Part shown: one piece after another, positions 34,624-47,753 of the stretch
Layout of the letters: each line of letters begins with the position of its first letter
Position numbering within the stretch: position 1 is the first letter of the stretch
NCBI GenBank assembly: GCA_964291675.2
Contig: OZ219866.1
Span: forward strand, 2,048,001-2,112,000
Source: Alphaproteobacteria bacterium
GTDB lineage: Bacteria; Pseudomonadota; Alphaproteobacteria; MPNO01
Length of the DNA: 64,000 bases
Direction: 5' to 3'
Notes under the pieces: generated by a model
What the model saw: the letters and a program-made list of their open reading frames with translations, nothing else
Databases searched by the model: none
Told to the model about the DNA's origin: nothing
Translations under genes and position numbers: made by a program

Positions 34624-34742
34624 CCCGCATGTCCCGCCCCTGCCACGGCCTGCGTCGCGCCCGGGCGTTCGTCCCGCCGGGAGCGGGCCGAAGAGCGTAG
34701 CGGTGCCTGCGGTCGAGGCCCGCGAAGAAGCGGGCGGGTGCC
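34620..34742 (-). mobile_element. Truncated inverted copy of the MITE at 61018-61289
   Basis: Ungapped match to the reverse complement of 61167-61289, about 11 mismatches in 123 nt counted by eye; begins CTAGCCCGCAT. Confidence 0.85.
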
Positions 34743-34830
34743 GCGAGCCCGTTGCCTGCCGACAAACGCGATGTCGCCCGACCCGCGATCGCAGGAGTTC
34801 GAGTTTATCTATGGAAATCAGCGAGATGGG

Positions 34831-34906
<76 letters not shown>

Positions 34907-34975
34907 CTCCCGGAAGCCGGGCTTATAGCAAAGCCCGCGACCCGTGGCGAGTCCGCGGGGCGGCGGCCGGCGGGG

Positions 34976-36124
34976 TCAGAAATCGTCGAACGGGGGCGAC
35001 TTGCCGATCGCGGTATCCTTGCCCAGGCTCGCCGACAGCAACAGCCCGTAGCCGACCATCACGCTGAGCAGCGCCGTGCCGCCATATGAGATCAGCGGCA
35101 GCGGGGCGCCGACCACCGGGACCAGCCCCATCACCATGGCGATGTTGAGGGAGACGTAGAGCGACACGGTCATGGTGACGCCGAGCGCCACGACGCGGCC
35201 GAACTGGTTGCGGATGCGCAGCGCGATGGCGAAGCCGTAGGCGAACAGCACGAGGAACAGGGCGAGTACCTCCAACCCGCCGATCAGGCCGAACTCCTCC
35301 GCCAGCATGGTGAAGATGAAGTCGGTCTGCCGCTCCGGCAGGAAATCGAGATGCGCCTGGGAGCCCTGCATGTAGCCCTTGCCGAACACGCCGCCCGAGC
35401 CGAGCGCTATCTTGGCCTGGAGGATGTGGTAGCCGGCGCCGAGCGGGTCGGTCTCGGGGTCGAAGAAGGTAAGGATGCGCTGACGCTGATAGGGGCGCAG
35501 GAAGCTCCAGACTACCGGCATGGCGGCGAGCCCCAGCACGCCGACCGCGGCGAACTTCCACAGCCTGACCCCGACCACGAAGAATACCGTCGCGCCCGCG
35601 ACCACCAGCATGACCGCGGTGCCGAGATCGGGCTGGCGCAGCACCAGGAAAGCCGGCACCAGGGTCATCAGCACCGGCGCCAGCAGACGGCTCGGCCGCC
35701 CGACATCCTCGATCGAGATGCCGTGGAAGTACCGCGCGAGCCCGAGGATCAGCGCGATCTTCATCAGCTCGGAGGGTTGCAGCCGGACCACGCCGAGGTC
35801 GATCCAGCGCTGGGCGCCCATGCCCGTGGCCCCCGCCACCTCGACCCCGACCAGCAGGGCCGCGGCCGCGAAGTAGATCGCATAGGCGTAGCGCAGCCAG
35901 AACCGGATATCGATCAGCGCCACCACCAGCATCAGGACCAGCGCCGCGCCGAGGCGCATGACCTGGCGCGTAGCCCACGGCTCCCAGCTTCCGCCGCCCG
36001 CCGAGTACAGCATGCCGACGCCGATGGCCGAGATCAGGCAAAGGAGCAGCACCAGCGGCCAGTTGAGGAGCAGCAGCTTGCGGCCGAGGGTCAGCTCTTC
36101 GCCGGTCGCCGATACCGTCGCCAT
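34976..36124 (-). CDS. rodA: Rod shape-determining protein RodA
   Basis: GAQRWIDLG, LQPSELMK, QPDLGTA, PERQTDFIF, SYGG. Confidence 0.97.
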   Translation of the reverse strand: MATVSATGEELTLGRKLLLLNWPLVLLLCLISAIGVGMLYSAGGGSWEPWATRQVMRLGAALVLMLVVALIDIRFWLRYAYAIYFAAAALLVGVEVAGATGMGAQRWIDLGVVRLQPSELMKIALILGLARYFHGISIEDVGRPSRLLAPVLMTLVPAFLVLRQPDLGTAVMLVVAGATVFFVVGVRLWKFAAVGVLGLAAMPVVWSFLRPYQRQRILTFFDPETDPLGAGYHILQAKIALGSGGVFGKGYMQGSQAHLDFLPERQTDFIFTMLAEEFGLIGGLEVLALFLVLFAYGFAIALRIRNQFGRVVALGVTMTVSLYVSLNIAMVMGLVPVVGAPLPLISYGGTALLSVMVGYGLLLSASLGKDTAIGKSPPFDDF

Positions 36125-36142
36125 CGTCCCGCGACCCGCCGC

Positions 36143-38020
36143 TCAACCCTGGCCGGGGGCCGTTTCGACCCAGGCGAGGCGATTATCGGCGTCCACCCCC
36201 AGCGGGTCGCGGCGCTGCGCTTCCAGCAGGAGCTCCCGCGCGATCGGCGTCGCCACCGAAGATCCCGCCCCGCCATGCTCCACCACCACCGAGATCGCAT
36301 AGCGCGGCCGTTCGACCGGCGCGTAGGCGACGAACAGGGCGTGGTCGCGCTCCCGCCAGGGACGCTGGTGGTTCTTCAGCACGCCGCTGCCGCGTTCGCG
36401 CTTGGAAATCCTGCGAACCTGGGAGGTGCCGGTCTTGCCGGCGAGCTCGAGCTCCGGCTCGCGGATGGAATAGCGGTAGGCGGTGCCGCGCTCGCGGTTG
36501 GCGACCGCGTCCATCCCGCGGCGCACCACCCGGAGCGCGGCCTCGCGGATCTTGAGCGCCGGGAAGAGCGGTTCCGGGGGCGGCGTCCCGGCCGCCGCCC
36601 GCTCGATCACCAGCCGGGGCCGGACCGCCCGGCCGGAGGCGATGCGCGCCGCCATCACGGCGAGCTGTAGCGGCGTCGTCAGCACGAAACCCTGACCGAT
36701 CCCCGTGATCAGGGTCTCGCCGCCCTGCCACTTCTCGCCGATGGCGGCCAGCTTCCACCCGGGGGTCGGGACCAGACCCTCCTGTTCCCCGGGCAGCTCG
36801 CCGAGCAGCTTGGCGCCGAGCCCCAGCTCGACGGCGGTCTCGGCGATCCTGTCTATCCCGACGGCGTGCGCGAGCTCGTAGAAATAGATGTCGCAGGACC
36901 GCTCTATCGCGCCCACCAGGTCGAGCCAGCCATGGCCGTGCTTGTTCCAGCAATGGAACTGCGCCCGCCCGAACTCCATGAAGCCCCGGCAACGGGTCCG
37001 GCGGCCGGGCCACCAGCGGCCGGAGTTCAGCGCCGCCAGCGCGACCACCAGCTTGAACGTGGAGCCCGGCGCGTACAGCCCGGAGAGCGACCTGTTCACC
37101 AGCGGGGTCATCGGGTCCGAGACCACCGAGCGCCAGGTCTCGGCGTCCAGCCCGCGGGCAAACTGGTTGGGCTCGTAGCTGGGAGCCGACGCCATGGCGA
37201 GGATCTCGCCGGTCTCCACGCCCAGCAGCACCGCCGAGGCGCTCTGATGATAGGCCAGCCGATCCTGCGCGAGGCCCTGCAACGCCATGTCGATGGTGAG
37301 CCGGACTTCGTTTCCCGGCACCCCGTCCACCCGGCCGACCTCGCGGATCACCCGCCCCATCGCGTTCACCTCGACCTGGCTGGCACCGGCCTTGCCGCGC
37401 AGAGCGAGGTCGCGGGTCTTCTCGATTCCCTCCTTGCCGATGCGGAACCCGGGCAGTTCGAGCAGCGGGTCGCCGCTCAGATCCGGTGCCGAGGCCGCCG
37501 CGACATAGCCCAGTACATGCGCCGACTTGACCGAATGGGGGTAGTCGCGCGCCAGATCGACGTCGATCGAGATGCCCGGCAGATCGGGCGCGTTGACTTC
37601 GATCTTCGCCACCTCGCGCCAGTTGAGTCCCTCGCGCACCGTCACCGGGACGAAGCTGCGGCGTTTCCCGACCTCGCGCAGCACGCGGGCGCGCGCCGAT
37701 TGGGCGAGCCCGATCAGCCGGTCGAGCTTTTCCAGGGTCGCGCCCACGTCGTCCGTCTGTTCCGCGATGAGCAGCACCCGGTAACTCTCGCGGTTGACCG
37801 CCAGCGGCGAGGAGAAGCGGTCGACGATGCGTCCCCGGGCGGGCGCGATCAGCCGCATGTTGATGCGGTTGTCCTCGGCCAGCATCTTGTAGCGGTCGGA
37901 CTCGATCACCTGGATCTGGTACATCCGCCCGGCGAGCACCGAGGCCACGACGAGCTTCGCGCCGGCGAGCACGGCGGCGCGCCGGGTGAACAGCCTGTGC
38001 CTTTCGTTGTCGCGATACAC
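36143..38020 (-). CDS. mrdA: Penicillin-binding protein 2
   Basis: RGRIVDR, PGSTFK (SxxK), SCD, GKTGTSQ; lies between mreD and rodA. Confidence 0.96.
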   Translation of the reverse strand: MYRDNERHRLFTRRAAVLAGAKLVVASVLAGRMYQIQVIESDRYKMLAEDNRINMRLIAPARGRIVDRFSSPLAVNRESYRVLLIAEQTDDVGATLEKLDRLIGLAQSARARVLREVGKRRSFVPVTVREGLNWREVAKIEVNAPDLPGISIDVDLARDYPHSVKSAHVLGYVAAASAPDLSGDPLLELPGFRIGKEGIEKTRDLALRGKAGASQVEVNAMGRVIREVGRVDGVPGNEVRLTIDMALQGLAQDRLAYHQSASAVLLGVETGEILAMASAPSYEPNQFARGLDAETWRSVVSDPMTPLVNRSLSGLYAPGSTFKLVVALAALNSGRWWPGRRTRCRGFMEFGRAQFHCWNKHGHGWLDLVGAIERSCDIYFYELAHAVGIDRIAETAVELGLGAKLLGELPGEQEGLVPTPGWKLAAIGEKWQGGETLITGIGQGFVLTTPLQLAVMAARIASGRAVRPRLVIERAAAGTPPPEPLFPALKIREAALRVVRRGMDAVANRERGTAYRYSIREPELELAGKTGTSQVRRISKRERGSGVLKNHQRPWRERDHALFVAYAPVERPRYAISVVVEHGGAGSSVATPIARELLLEAQRRDPLGVDADNRLAWVETAPGQG

Positions 38021-38029
38021 CGGCCGATC

Positions 38030-38542
38030 CTAGTTGCGCCTCGCGATGGAACGCAGCACCCAGGAAAGCAGCCAATACAGAAACGGGAACACCGTCAAGG
38101 TCACGACCACCTGCAACGCCAGCGGCGTCGGATCGACGTAGCGGAGATGCCAGCCGATGACGGCCAGCCAGAATACCAGCGCCGCGAACGCCGCGGTGAG
38201 CCCGAACGCCCACCAGACGACAAGGAACGACTTGCCCCTGAAGAAGGTGCGCTGGAAGACGATCGCGCCGTAGACGATCAGCAGGGTAAGCCCGTTGAGA
38301 CCCACCGGCTCGCCGTTCAGCAGATCCTGCCACAGGCCGAGCGGAAGAACCGCGATCGCCGGCATCAGGTCGGGACGGTAGACCGTCCAGTAGAACACCG
38401 CGATCAGGCCGAGATTGGGTGCCACCGAGCCGATCGCCGGCACGTGGATGTGGATCGCGCCCAGCATGATCAGCACCAGCGAGACCACAAAGGGGGTCAG
38501 GTTGGTGGCGAACTCGTGGAGGCGCCGGAGAACCCCGCTCAA
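38030..38542 (-). CDS. mreD: Rod shape-determining protein MreD
   Basis: Hydrophobic protein; VFYWTVYRP, GLWQDLL; operon position. Confidence 0.9.
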   Translation of the reverse strand: MSGVLRRLHEFATNLTPFVVSLVLIMLGAIHIHVPAIGSVAPNLGLIAVFYWTVYRPDLMPAIAVLPLGLWQDLLNGEPVGLNGLTLLIVYGAIVFQRTFFRGKSFLVVWWAFGLTAAFAALVFWLAVIGWHLRYVDPTPLALQVVVTLTVFPFLYWLLSWVLRSIARRN

Positions 38543-39417
38543 CGTCCGGTTCCGCCGGGGGCGGATGCCGACGCCGAGCCCAGAGCGACCTCCGGGTAGG
38601 CGACGATGCGCACGAATTCGAGCCGGTCGAGCCGCGCCAGGGGCCGGACCCGGATCGCCTCGCCCGCGACACTGGAGACGACGCCGATCGGCAGCCCCGG
38701 CGGCAGCATCCCGCCATGGCCCGAGGTCACGACCCGGTCGCCGCTGTTGACCCGCGCGGTGTGGCGCAGAAACGAGATCCTGGGCATGGCCGTGTTGTCG
38801 CCCGCCAGAATCGCCCGCTCCCGCGAGCCCTCGAACATCACCGGGATGCGCGAGTTGAGATCGGTGATCAGCAGGATGCGCGCCGACCGGTTGCCCACGG
38901 CGACGACGCGCCCGATCAGCCCGTCCCCGGTGACCGCCGCCTGGCCCCTGGCGACGCCGTCGCGCGCGCCGGCGACGACGACGATGGAACGGACGAAGAC
39001 GCCGCCCGAATCGCCCACCACGCGGGCGCCGATATGGTCGACCCTGGGCTCAGGCACGAAGCGCAGGAGCTGCCGCAGGCGGTCGTTCTCCTGCGACAGC
39101 CTGAGCCCCGCGGCCTGCCAGTGCAGCAGCCGTTCGTTCTGGTCGCGCAGCCGGGCGTTCTCGTCGCGCAGCCGGCCGAGCTCGTTGATGCCCTCGATGG
39201 CGTCGGCGACCGTGGCCGCGGGGCGCGCCACGACACCCATGATCGGCGCGACGAAATCGACGACCCCGGCGCGCAGCTTCTCGAACAGGACCGTTTCGGC
39301 CTTGCCCAGCAGGGTGATCCCGAACGCTGCCAGGATCAGCGTCGCCAGGACGACACGTTGACTGAGGGTGCCCGAAGGGACCGCCAGCCGGATGATGGAT
39401 GCCGGACGATACTTCAC
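38539..39417 (-). CDS. mreC: Rod shape-determining protein MreC
   Basis: ENARLR coiled coil, LITDLNSRIPV, TSGHGGMLPPGLPIG. Confidence 0.94.
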   Translation of the reverse strand: MKYRPASIIRLAVPSGTLSQRVVLATLILAAFGITLLGKAETVLFEKLRAGVVDFVAPIMGVVARPAATVADAIEGINELGRLRDENARLRDQNERLLHWQAAGLRLSQENDRLRQLLRFVPEPRVDHIGARVVGDSGGVFVRSIVVVAGARDGVARGQAAVTGDGLIGRVVAVGNRSARILLITDLNSRIPVMFEGSRERAILAGDNTAMPRISFLRHTARVNSGDRVVTSGHGGMLPPGLPIGVVSSVAGEAIRVRPLARLDRLEFVRIVAYPEVALGSASASAPGGTGR

Positions 39418-39502
39418 CGACGCCGGGCCTCCTTACTCTGCTTCGCCCCGAAATCCGAGGTCTGCGTTTGTTCCTTCCGTTACCGGGATGCGAATCGCGG
39501 CT

Positions 39503-40549
<1,047 letters not shown>

Positions 40550-40602
40550 CTATTCGATACCTCGTTGAGCGTGGCCGCCCGGCGGGGCGAGCCGTTCCCG
40601 CG

Positions 40603-42156
40603 TCAGGCGATGAGCGCCTCGGGCGCCGTCTTTTCCCTCTTCACCAGCAGTTTGTTGAGCGCATTCACATAGGCCCGCGCGGACGCGACGAGGGTGTCGG
40701 TGTCGGCGCCCTGGCCGTTCACCGTCTTGCCGTCCTCCTCGAGCCTGACGGTGACCTCGGCCTGCGCGTCGGTCCCCTCGGTCACCGCGTGCACCTGGTA
40801 GAGCTTCAGCGTGGCGCTGTGCGCGAACAGCTCCTTGATCGCGTTGAACGTCGCATCCACCGGGCCGTCGCCCGTCGCCTCCGTGCCGTGGCGTTGGCCG
40901 TCGATCTCCAACTCCAGCGTCGCGCTCTGCGGACCCACCGAGCCGCAGATCACGTGCAGCGACAGGAAGCGGATCCGGTCGTTGCGCCGGATCACCGCGT
41001 CGTCGACCAGGGCAGCGATGTCCTCGTCGAAGATGTCCTTCTTCTTGTCGGCGAGATCCTTGAAGCGCCGGAACGCGTCCTGCAGGGCGTTCTCGCCGAG
41101 GTCGTAGCCGAGCTCCTCGATCTTCTTGCGGAAGGCGTGGCGTCCGGAGTGCTTGCCCATGACCAGCGTCGAGCGCGCCAGGCCGACCGATTCCGGGGTC
41201 ATGATCTCGTAGGTGCCGGCATGCTTGAGCACGCCGTCCTGGTGGATGCCGGCCTCGTGGGCGAAGGCGTTGGCGCCGACGATCGCCTTGTTGGGCTGGA
41301 CCGTGAACCCGGTGATCGTCGAGACCAGCTTGGAGATCCGGGTGATCACCGAGGTGTCGATTCCCGTCTTGTAGGGCATCCGGTCGTGGCGCGTCCTGAG
41401 CGCCATCACGATCTCTTCCAGCGCGGCGTTGCCGGCCCGTTCGCCGAGCCCGTTGACGGTGCATTCGACCTGCCGCGCGCCCGCGTCGACCGCCGCCAGA
41501 GAGTTGGCGACGGCGAGCCCGAGATCGTTGTGGCAATGGGCCGAGAAAATCGCCTTGTCGCTGTTCGGCACCCGTTCGCGCAGCATGCGGATGAGCCCGC
41601 CGAACTCCTCCGGCAGCGCATAGCCCACCGTGTCCGGCAGGTTGATGCAGGTGGCGCCGGCGCGGATCGCGGCCTCGACGCAGCGGCACAGGAAATCGGG
41701 GTCCGAGCGCGAGCCGTCCTCCGGCGACCAGTCGACGTCGTCGGTGAACCGGCGCGCATGGCCGACGCTGTCGATCACCGCCTCGTGCACGTCGTCGGGC
41801 TCCATCTGCAGCTTGTACTTCATGTGCAGCGGGCTGGTCGCGATGAAGGTGTGGATGCGCCGCCGCTCGGCCGGGGCGAGCGCCTCGGCCGCGCGTTCGA
41901 TATCGGCCCGTCCGGAGCGCGCGAGGCCGCAGATGACGGGCCCCTTGACCAGCCTGGAGACCTCCTGGACCGCCTCGAAATCGCCGTTCGAGGCGATCGG
42001 GAATCCGGCCTCGATCACGTCGACGCCGAGATCGGCGAGGAGCTCGGCGATGCGCAGCTTCTCGTCGAGGTTCATCGAGGCGCCCGGCGATTGCTCGCCG
42101 TCGCGCAGCGTGGTGTCGAAGATGACGATTCGGTTCGGGTCGGCGTTCAGGCTCAT
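40603..42156 (-). CDS. leuA: 2-isopropylmalate synthase
   Basis: [36 protein letters not shown]-terminal regulatory domain. Confidence 0.97.
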   Translation of the reverse strand: MSLNADPNRIVIFDTTLRDGEQSPGASMNLDEKLRIAELLADLGVDVIEAGFPIASNGDFEAVQEVSRLVKGPVICGLARSGRADIERAAEALAPAERRRIHTFIATSPLHMKYKLQMEPDDVHEAVIDSVGHARRFTDDVDWSPEDGSRSDPDFLCRCVEAAIRAGATCINLPDTVGYALPEEFGGLIRMLRERVPNSDKAIFSAHCHNDLGLAVANSLAAVDAGARQVECTVNGLGERAGNAALEEIVMALRTRHDRMPYKTGIDTSVITRISKLVSTITGFTVQPNKAIVGANAFAHEAGIHQDGVLKHAGTYEIMTPESVGLARSTLVMGKHSGRHAFRKKIEELGYDLGENALQDAFRRFKDLADKKKDIFDEDIAALVDDAVIRRNDRIRFLSLHVICGSVGPQSATLELEIDGQRHGTEATGDGPVDATFNAIKELFAHSATLKLYQVHAVTEGTDAQAEVTVRLEEDGKTVNGQGADTDTLVASARAYVNALNKLLVKREKTAPEALIA

Positions 42157-42231
42157 CCTGGAGCTCCCATGAAACGGTTGTCGGACCTGGCTCAGCCCCC
42201 TGCCCGGCGTGCCGTTCGCGGCGGCCGCCGT

Positions 42232-42354
42232 TCAGGGGCTGCTAAGTCGTCCAACCTCACCGGCCTTCGGCCCGATCGCGGAGCGCGGGCGCACCGGGCC
42301 GGCGTGCCGGGCAAACCCGGCAACCGATTCCGCTTTCGCCCGTATCGCAGACAT
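42232..42354 (-). promoter_or_regulatory. Putative leuA leader peptide (40 aa) and attenuator-like stem
   Basis: ATG 42354 after GGGGGAAAGG: MSAIRAKAESVAGFARHAGPVRPRSAIGPKAGEVGRLSSP*; AGCCCCTG over the stop can pair with downstream CAGGGGGCTGAG. Confidence 0.55.
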
Positions 42355-42547
42355 CCTTTCCCCCCGCATGCGGCCACAGAACCCTGTCCGCCGAACGAAC
42401 TCCGCGTCCAGGCGACCGTGCGAACCTCCTAGCGGTCTAGGTTTACGCCGAGAGTCTCAACTGCGCAATCAATATGTGGACGCATCTCGGCATATCACAT
42501 CGAACATGCGTCAATCTGACGCGCGGCATGACTGCCGGCGATATGCG

Positions 42548-43721
<1,174 letters not shown>

Positions 43722-43742
43722 TGCGGACGAGGAGGCCGGTCC

Positions 43743-44006
43743 ATGCGGCGCACCACGACGCTGACGGTACGCCTCGGCGGCGCGCTCAGCGACTTCGTCT
43801 CGGCCAATGTCGGCGAGACGGGCGCCTACGAGAACGTCAGCGAGTATATCCGCGACCTGATCCGCCGCGACAAGGAGCGCTCCGAGCGCGAGGCGTTCGA
43901 GCGCCTGAAGGCCGAGCTGGAACGCGCCTTCGCGGCGCCGGACGACACCTACCGGCCGCTATCCGCATCGGACGTCATCGCGAGGAACAAGGCGCGCGGC
44001 GCTTGA
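43743..44006 (+). CDS. parD: Type II antitoxin, ParD/RHH family
   Basis: GAGGAGG RBS; TLTVRLG...GAYENVSEYIRDLIRRD. Confidence 0.85.
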   Translation: MRRTTTLTVRLGGALSDFVSANVGETGAYENVSEYIRDLIRRDKERSEREAFERLKAELERAFAAPDDTYRPLSASDVIARNKARGA

Positions 44007-44320
44007 TGACGTCGATCCGCGTGCAGGAAGCGGCCGCCCTCCGTATCGACGAGATCTGGCGGTACTCCCTCGCGCAATGGGGGGAGGCGCGGGCGGATGA
44101 TTATGTCACGGGCCTGTTCGAGGCGTTCGAGGGGATCGTCACGGGGGCTGCGGCCTCGCGCGCGATTCCCGCTCCGTTCGGGGTGGACGGGTATGCGTTC
44201 CGCTGCGAGCAGCACTTCGTCTACTGGAAACGGCTGGCCAACGGCGACATCGGCATCGTCACCGTCCTGCACGAGCGCATGCACTGGATCGGGCGGCTGC
44301 GGGAGGACCTGGAGCGGTAA
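44006..44320 (+). CDS. parE: Type II toxin, RelE/ParE family
   Basis: TGATG coupling with parD; IDEIWRYSLAQWGEARADDY...HFVYW...IVTVLHERM. Confidence 0.87.
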   Translation: MTSIRVQEAAALRIDEIWRYSLAQWGEARADDYVTGLFEAFEGIVTGAAASRAIPAPFGVDGYAFRCEQHFVYWKRLANGDIGIVTVLHERMHWIGRLREDLER

Positions 44321-44339
44321 GCCGCGTGAGAAATCCGCC

Positions 44340-44843
44340 CTACAGCCCCTCCGTGCCGCGCGCGATGGCGACCACCCCGGTGCGCGACACGTCGACCAGC
44401 CCGAGCGGCTCCATCAGCCCGATGAAGGCGTCGAGCTTGTCGGTCGAGCCGGAGATCTCGAACACGAAGGACTCGCCGGTCGAGTCGATCGCGCGCGCCC
44501 GGAAGATGTCGGCGATGCGCAGCGACTCGACCCGCCGGTTGCCGCTCGCCTTGACCTTCACCAGCGCGAGCTCGCGCTCCACATGGGCCCCCTCGGTGGT
44601 CAGGTCGACCACCTTGTGGACCGGGACGAGGCGGTCGAGCTGGGCCTTGATCTGCTCGATGATCATCGGCGTGCCGGTGGTCACGACGGTGATCCGCGAG
44701 AGCGCGTTCCGGGCGTCGACCTCGGCCACCGTCAGGCTCTCGATGTTGTAGCCGCGCCCGGAGAACAGGCCGATGACGCGGGCGAGCACGCCCGCCTCGT
44801 TGTCGACCAGGACCGAGATCGTATGCCGTTCGGTGTCGCTCAC
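44340..44843 (-). CDS. ilvN: Acetolactate synthase small (regulatory) subunit
   Basis: VLVDNEAGVLARVIGLFSGRGYNIESL, ERELALVKV, RTGVVAI. Confidence 0.97.
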   Translation of the reverse strand: MSDTERHTISVLVDNEAGVLARVIGLFSGRGYNIESLTVAEVDARNALSRITVVTTGTPMIIEQIKAQLDRLVPVHKVVDLTTEGAHVERELALVKVKASGNRRVESLRIADIFRARAIDSTGESFVFEISGSTDKLDAFIGLMEPLGLVDVSRTGVVAIARGTEGL

Positions 44844-44859
44844 CGCCGCACCCCGCCGC

Positions 44860-46620
<1,761 letters not shown>

Positions 46621-46684
46621 CGCACCGCTCCCCTCGCGCATCCCGCCCGGATCGCCGTTCGCCACGGTCCTCCGGCCTGTCCTC

Positions 46685-46712
46685 AAAACGAAGCCGGCCT
46701 GACGAGGCCGGC
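46685..46712 (-). terminator. Intrinsic terminator-like hairpin upstream of ilvB
   Basis: Minus strand GCCGGCCT-cgtc-AGGCCGGC followed by TTCGTTTT. Confidence 0.65.
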
Positions 46713-46778
46713 GGATTATTCGCGCTTCCGCACCCGGATACCGCCGGGCAGGGCGTCGCTCCCTCCTGAAGGAGCGCA

Positions 46779-46807
46779 AAACTAATGCGTCATCGAGTGA
46801 GGGTCAA
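46779..46807 (-). promoter_or_regulatory. Putative sigma70 promoter of the ilvB leader
   Basis: TTGACC(46807-46802)-N17-TAGTTT(46784-46779), overlapping the miaA stop. Confidence 0.6.
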
Positions 46808-47740
46808 CCGGAAATCGCTAATAAATGAAAAGATTTCCGGTACCAGACTTTCCGAATATTGCGCTTCCACGACACGATCGGGCCGCGACCGGTTGCGGAA
46901 CCAGGTCATCTGCCGGCGCGCGTAGCGCCGCGTGTCGCGCTTGGCGGCGTCGACGGCATCCGCCAGCGCGAGGGTGCCCGCGCAGTGCGCGAGCAGCGGC
47001 GCGAGGCCGACCGCCTTCATGACGGGGAGCGCGGGATCGAGCGCCATCGCCCGGATCGCCCTTGCCTCCTCGACCGCGCCGTCGGCGACCATCCGGTCGA
47101 AGCGTGCCTCGCAGGCCGCGTAGACCGCATCGCGGCCGGGCATCAGCAGGATCTGCAACACCGCCCAGCCATGCGCCGGCGGCGAAGCCTGGCGCGCATG
47201 CCAGGCATGCAGCGGCTCGCCCGTCGCCTCGATCACTTCGAGGGCGCGCAGGATGCGCTGCGGGTCGCTCGCGCGGACCGCCCTTGCGCCCTCCGGGTCG
47301 CGCTCTGCGAGCAAGTCGTGCATCGCCGCGCTGCCGCGTTCGGCGAGCAGCGCGCGCAGCCGCTCGCGGATCGCCGGGTCGGCCGGCGGCAATTCCGCCA
47401 GCCCGTCGACCAGCGCCTCGAGATAGAGCCCGGTGCCGCCGACGACGATCGGCACCAGACCCTCGCCGCGGGCGGCTTCGATCGCCGCCGCCGCGCTTAG
47501 TCGCCAGCGCCCCGCCGACCACGGATCGTCGGCCTCGGCGATGCCGAACAGGCGGTGCGGCGCGCGCGCCAGCGCGTCTTCCCCGGGGCGCGCGGTGACG
47601 ATGGAGAGCGCCCGGTAGAGCTGCATCGAATCGGCGTTGATCACCACGCCGCCCAGGCGTTCGGCGAGCGCCAGCGCGAGCGCCGACTTGCCGCTCGCCG
47701 TCGGCCCGCCGATCGCGATCACCGGCGTTTCGGCGGGCAT
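46790..47740 (-). CDS. miaA: tRNA dimethylallyltransferase
   Basis: GPTASGKS, INADSMQLY, VGGTGLY, RILRALEV, TRRYARRQMTWF. Confidence 0.97.
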   Translation of the reverse strand: MPAETPVIAIGGPTASGKSALALALAERLGGVVINADSMQLYRALSIVTARPGEDALARAPHRLFGIAEADDPWSAGRWRLSAAAAIEAARGEGLVPIVVGGTGLYLEALVDGLAELPPADPAIRERLRALLAERGSAAMHDLLAERDPEGARAVRASDPQRILRALEVIEATGEPLHAWHARQASPPAHGWAVLQILLMPGRDAVYAACEARFDRMVADGAVEEARAIRAMALDPALPVMKAVGLAPLLAHCAGTLALADAVDAAKRDTRRYARRQMTWFRNRSRPDRVVEAQYSESLVPEIFSFISDFRLTLTR

Positions 47741-47753
47741 CGGGGAGCGGGCG

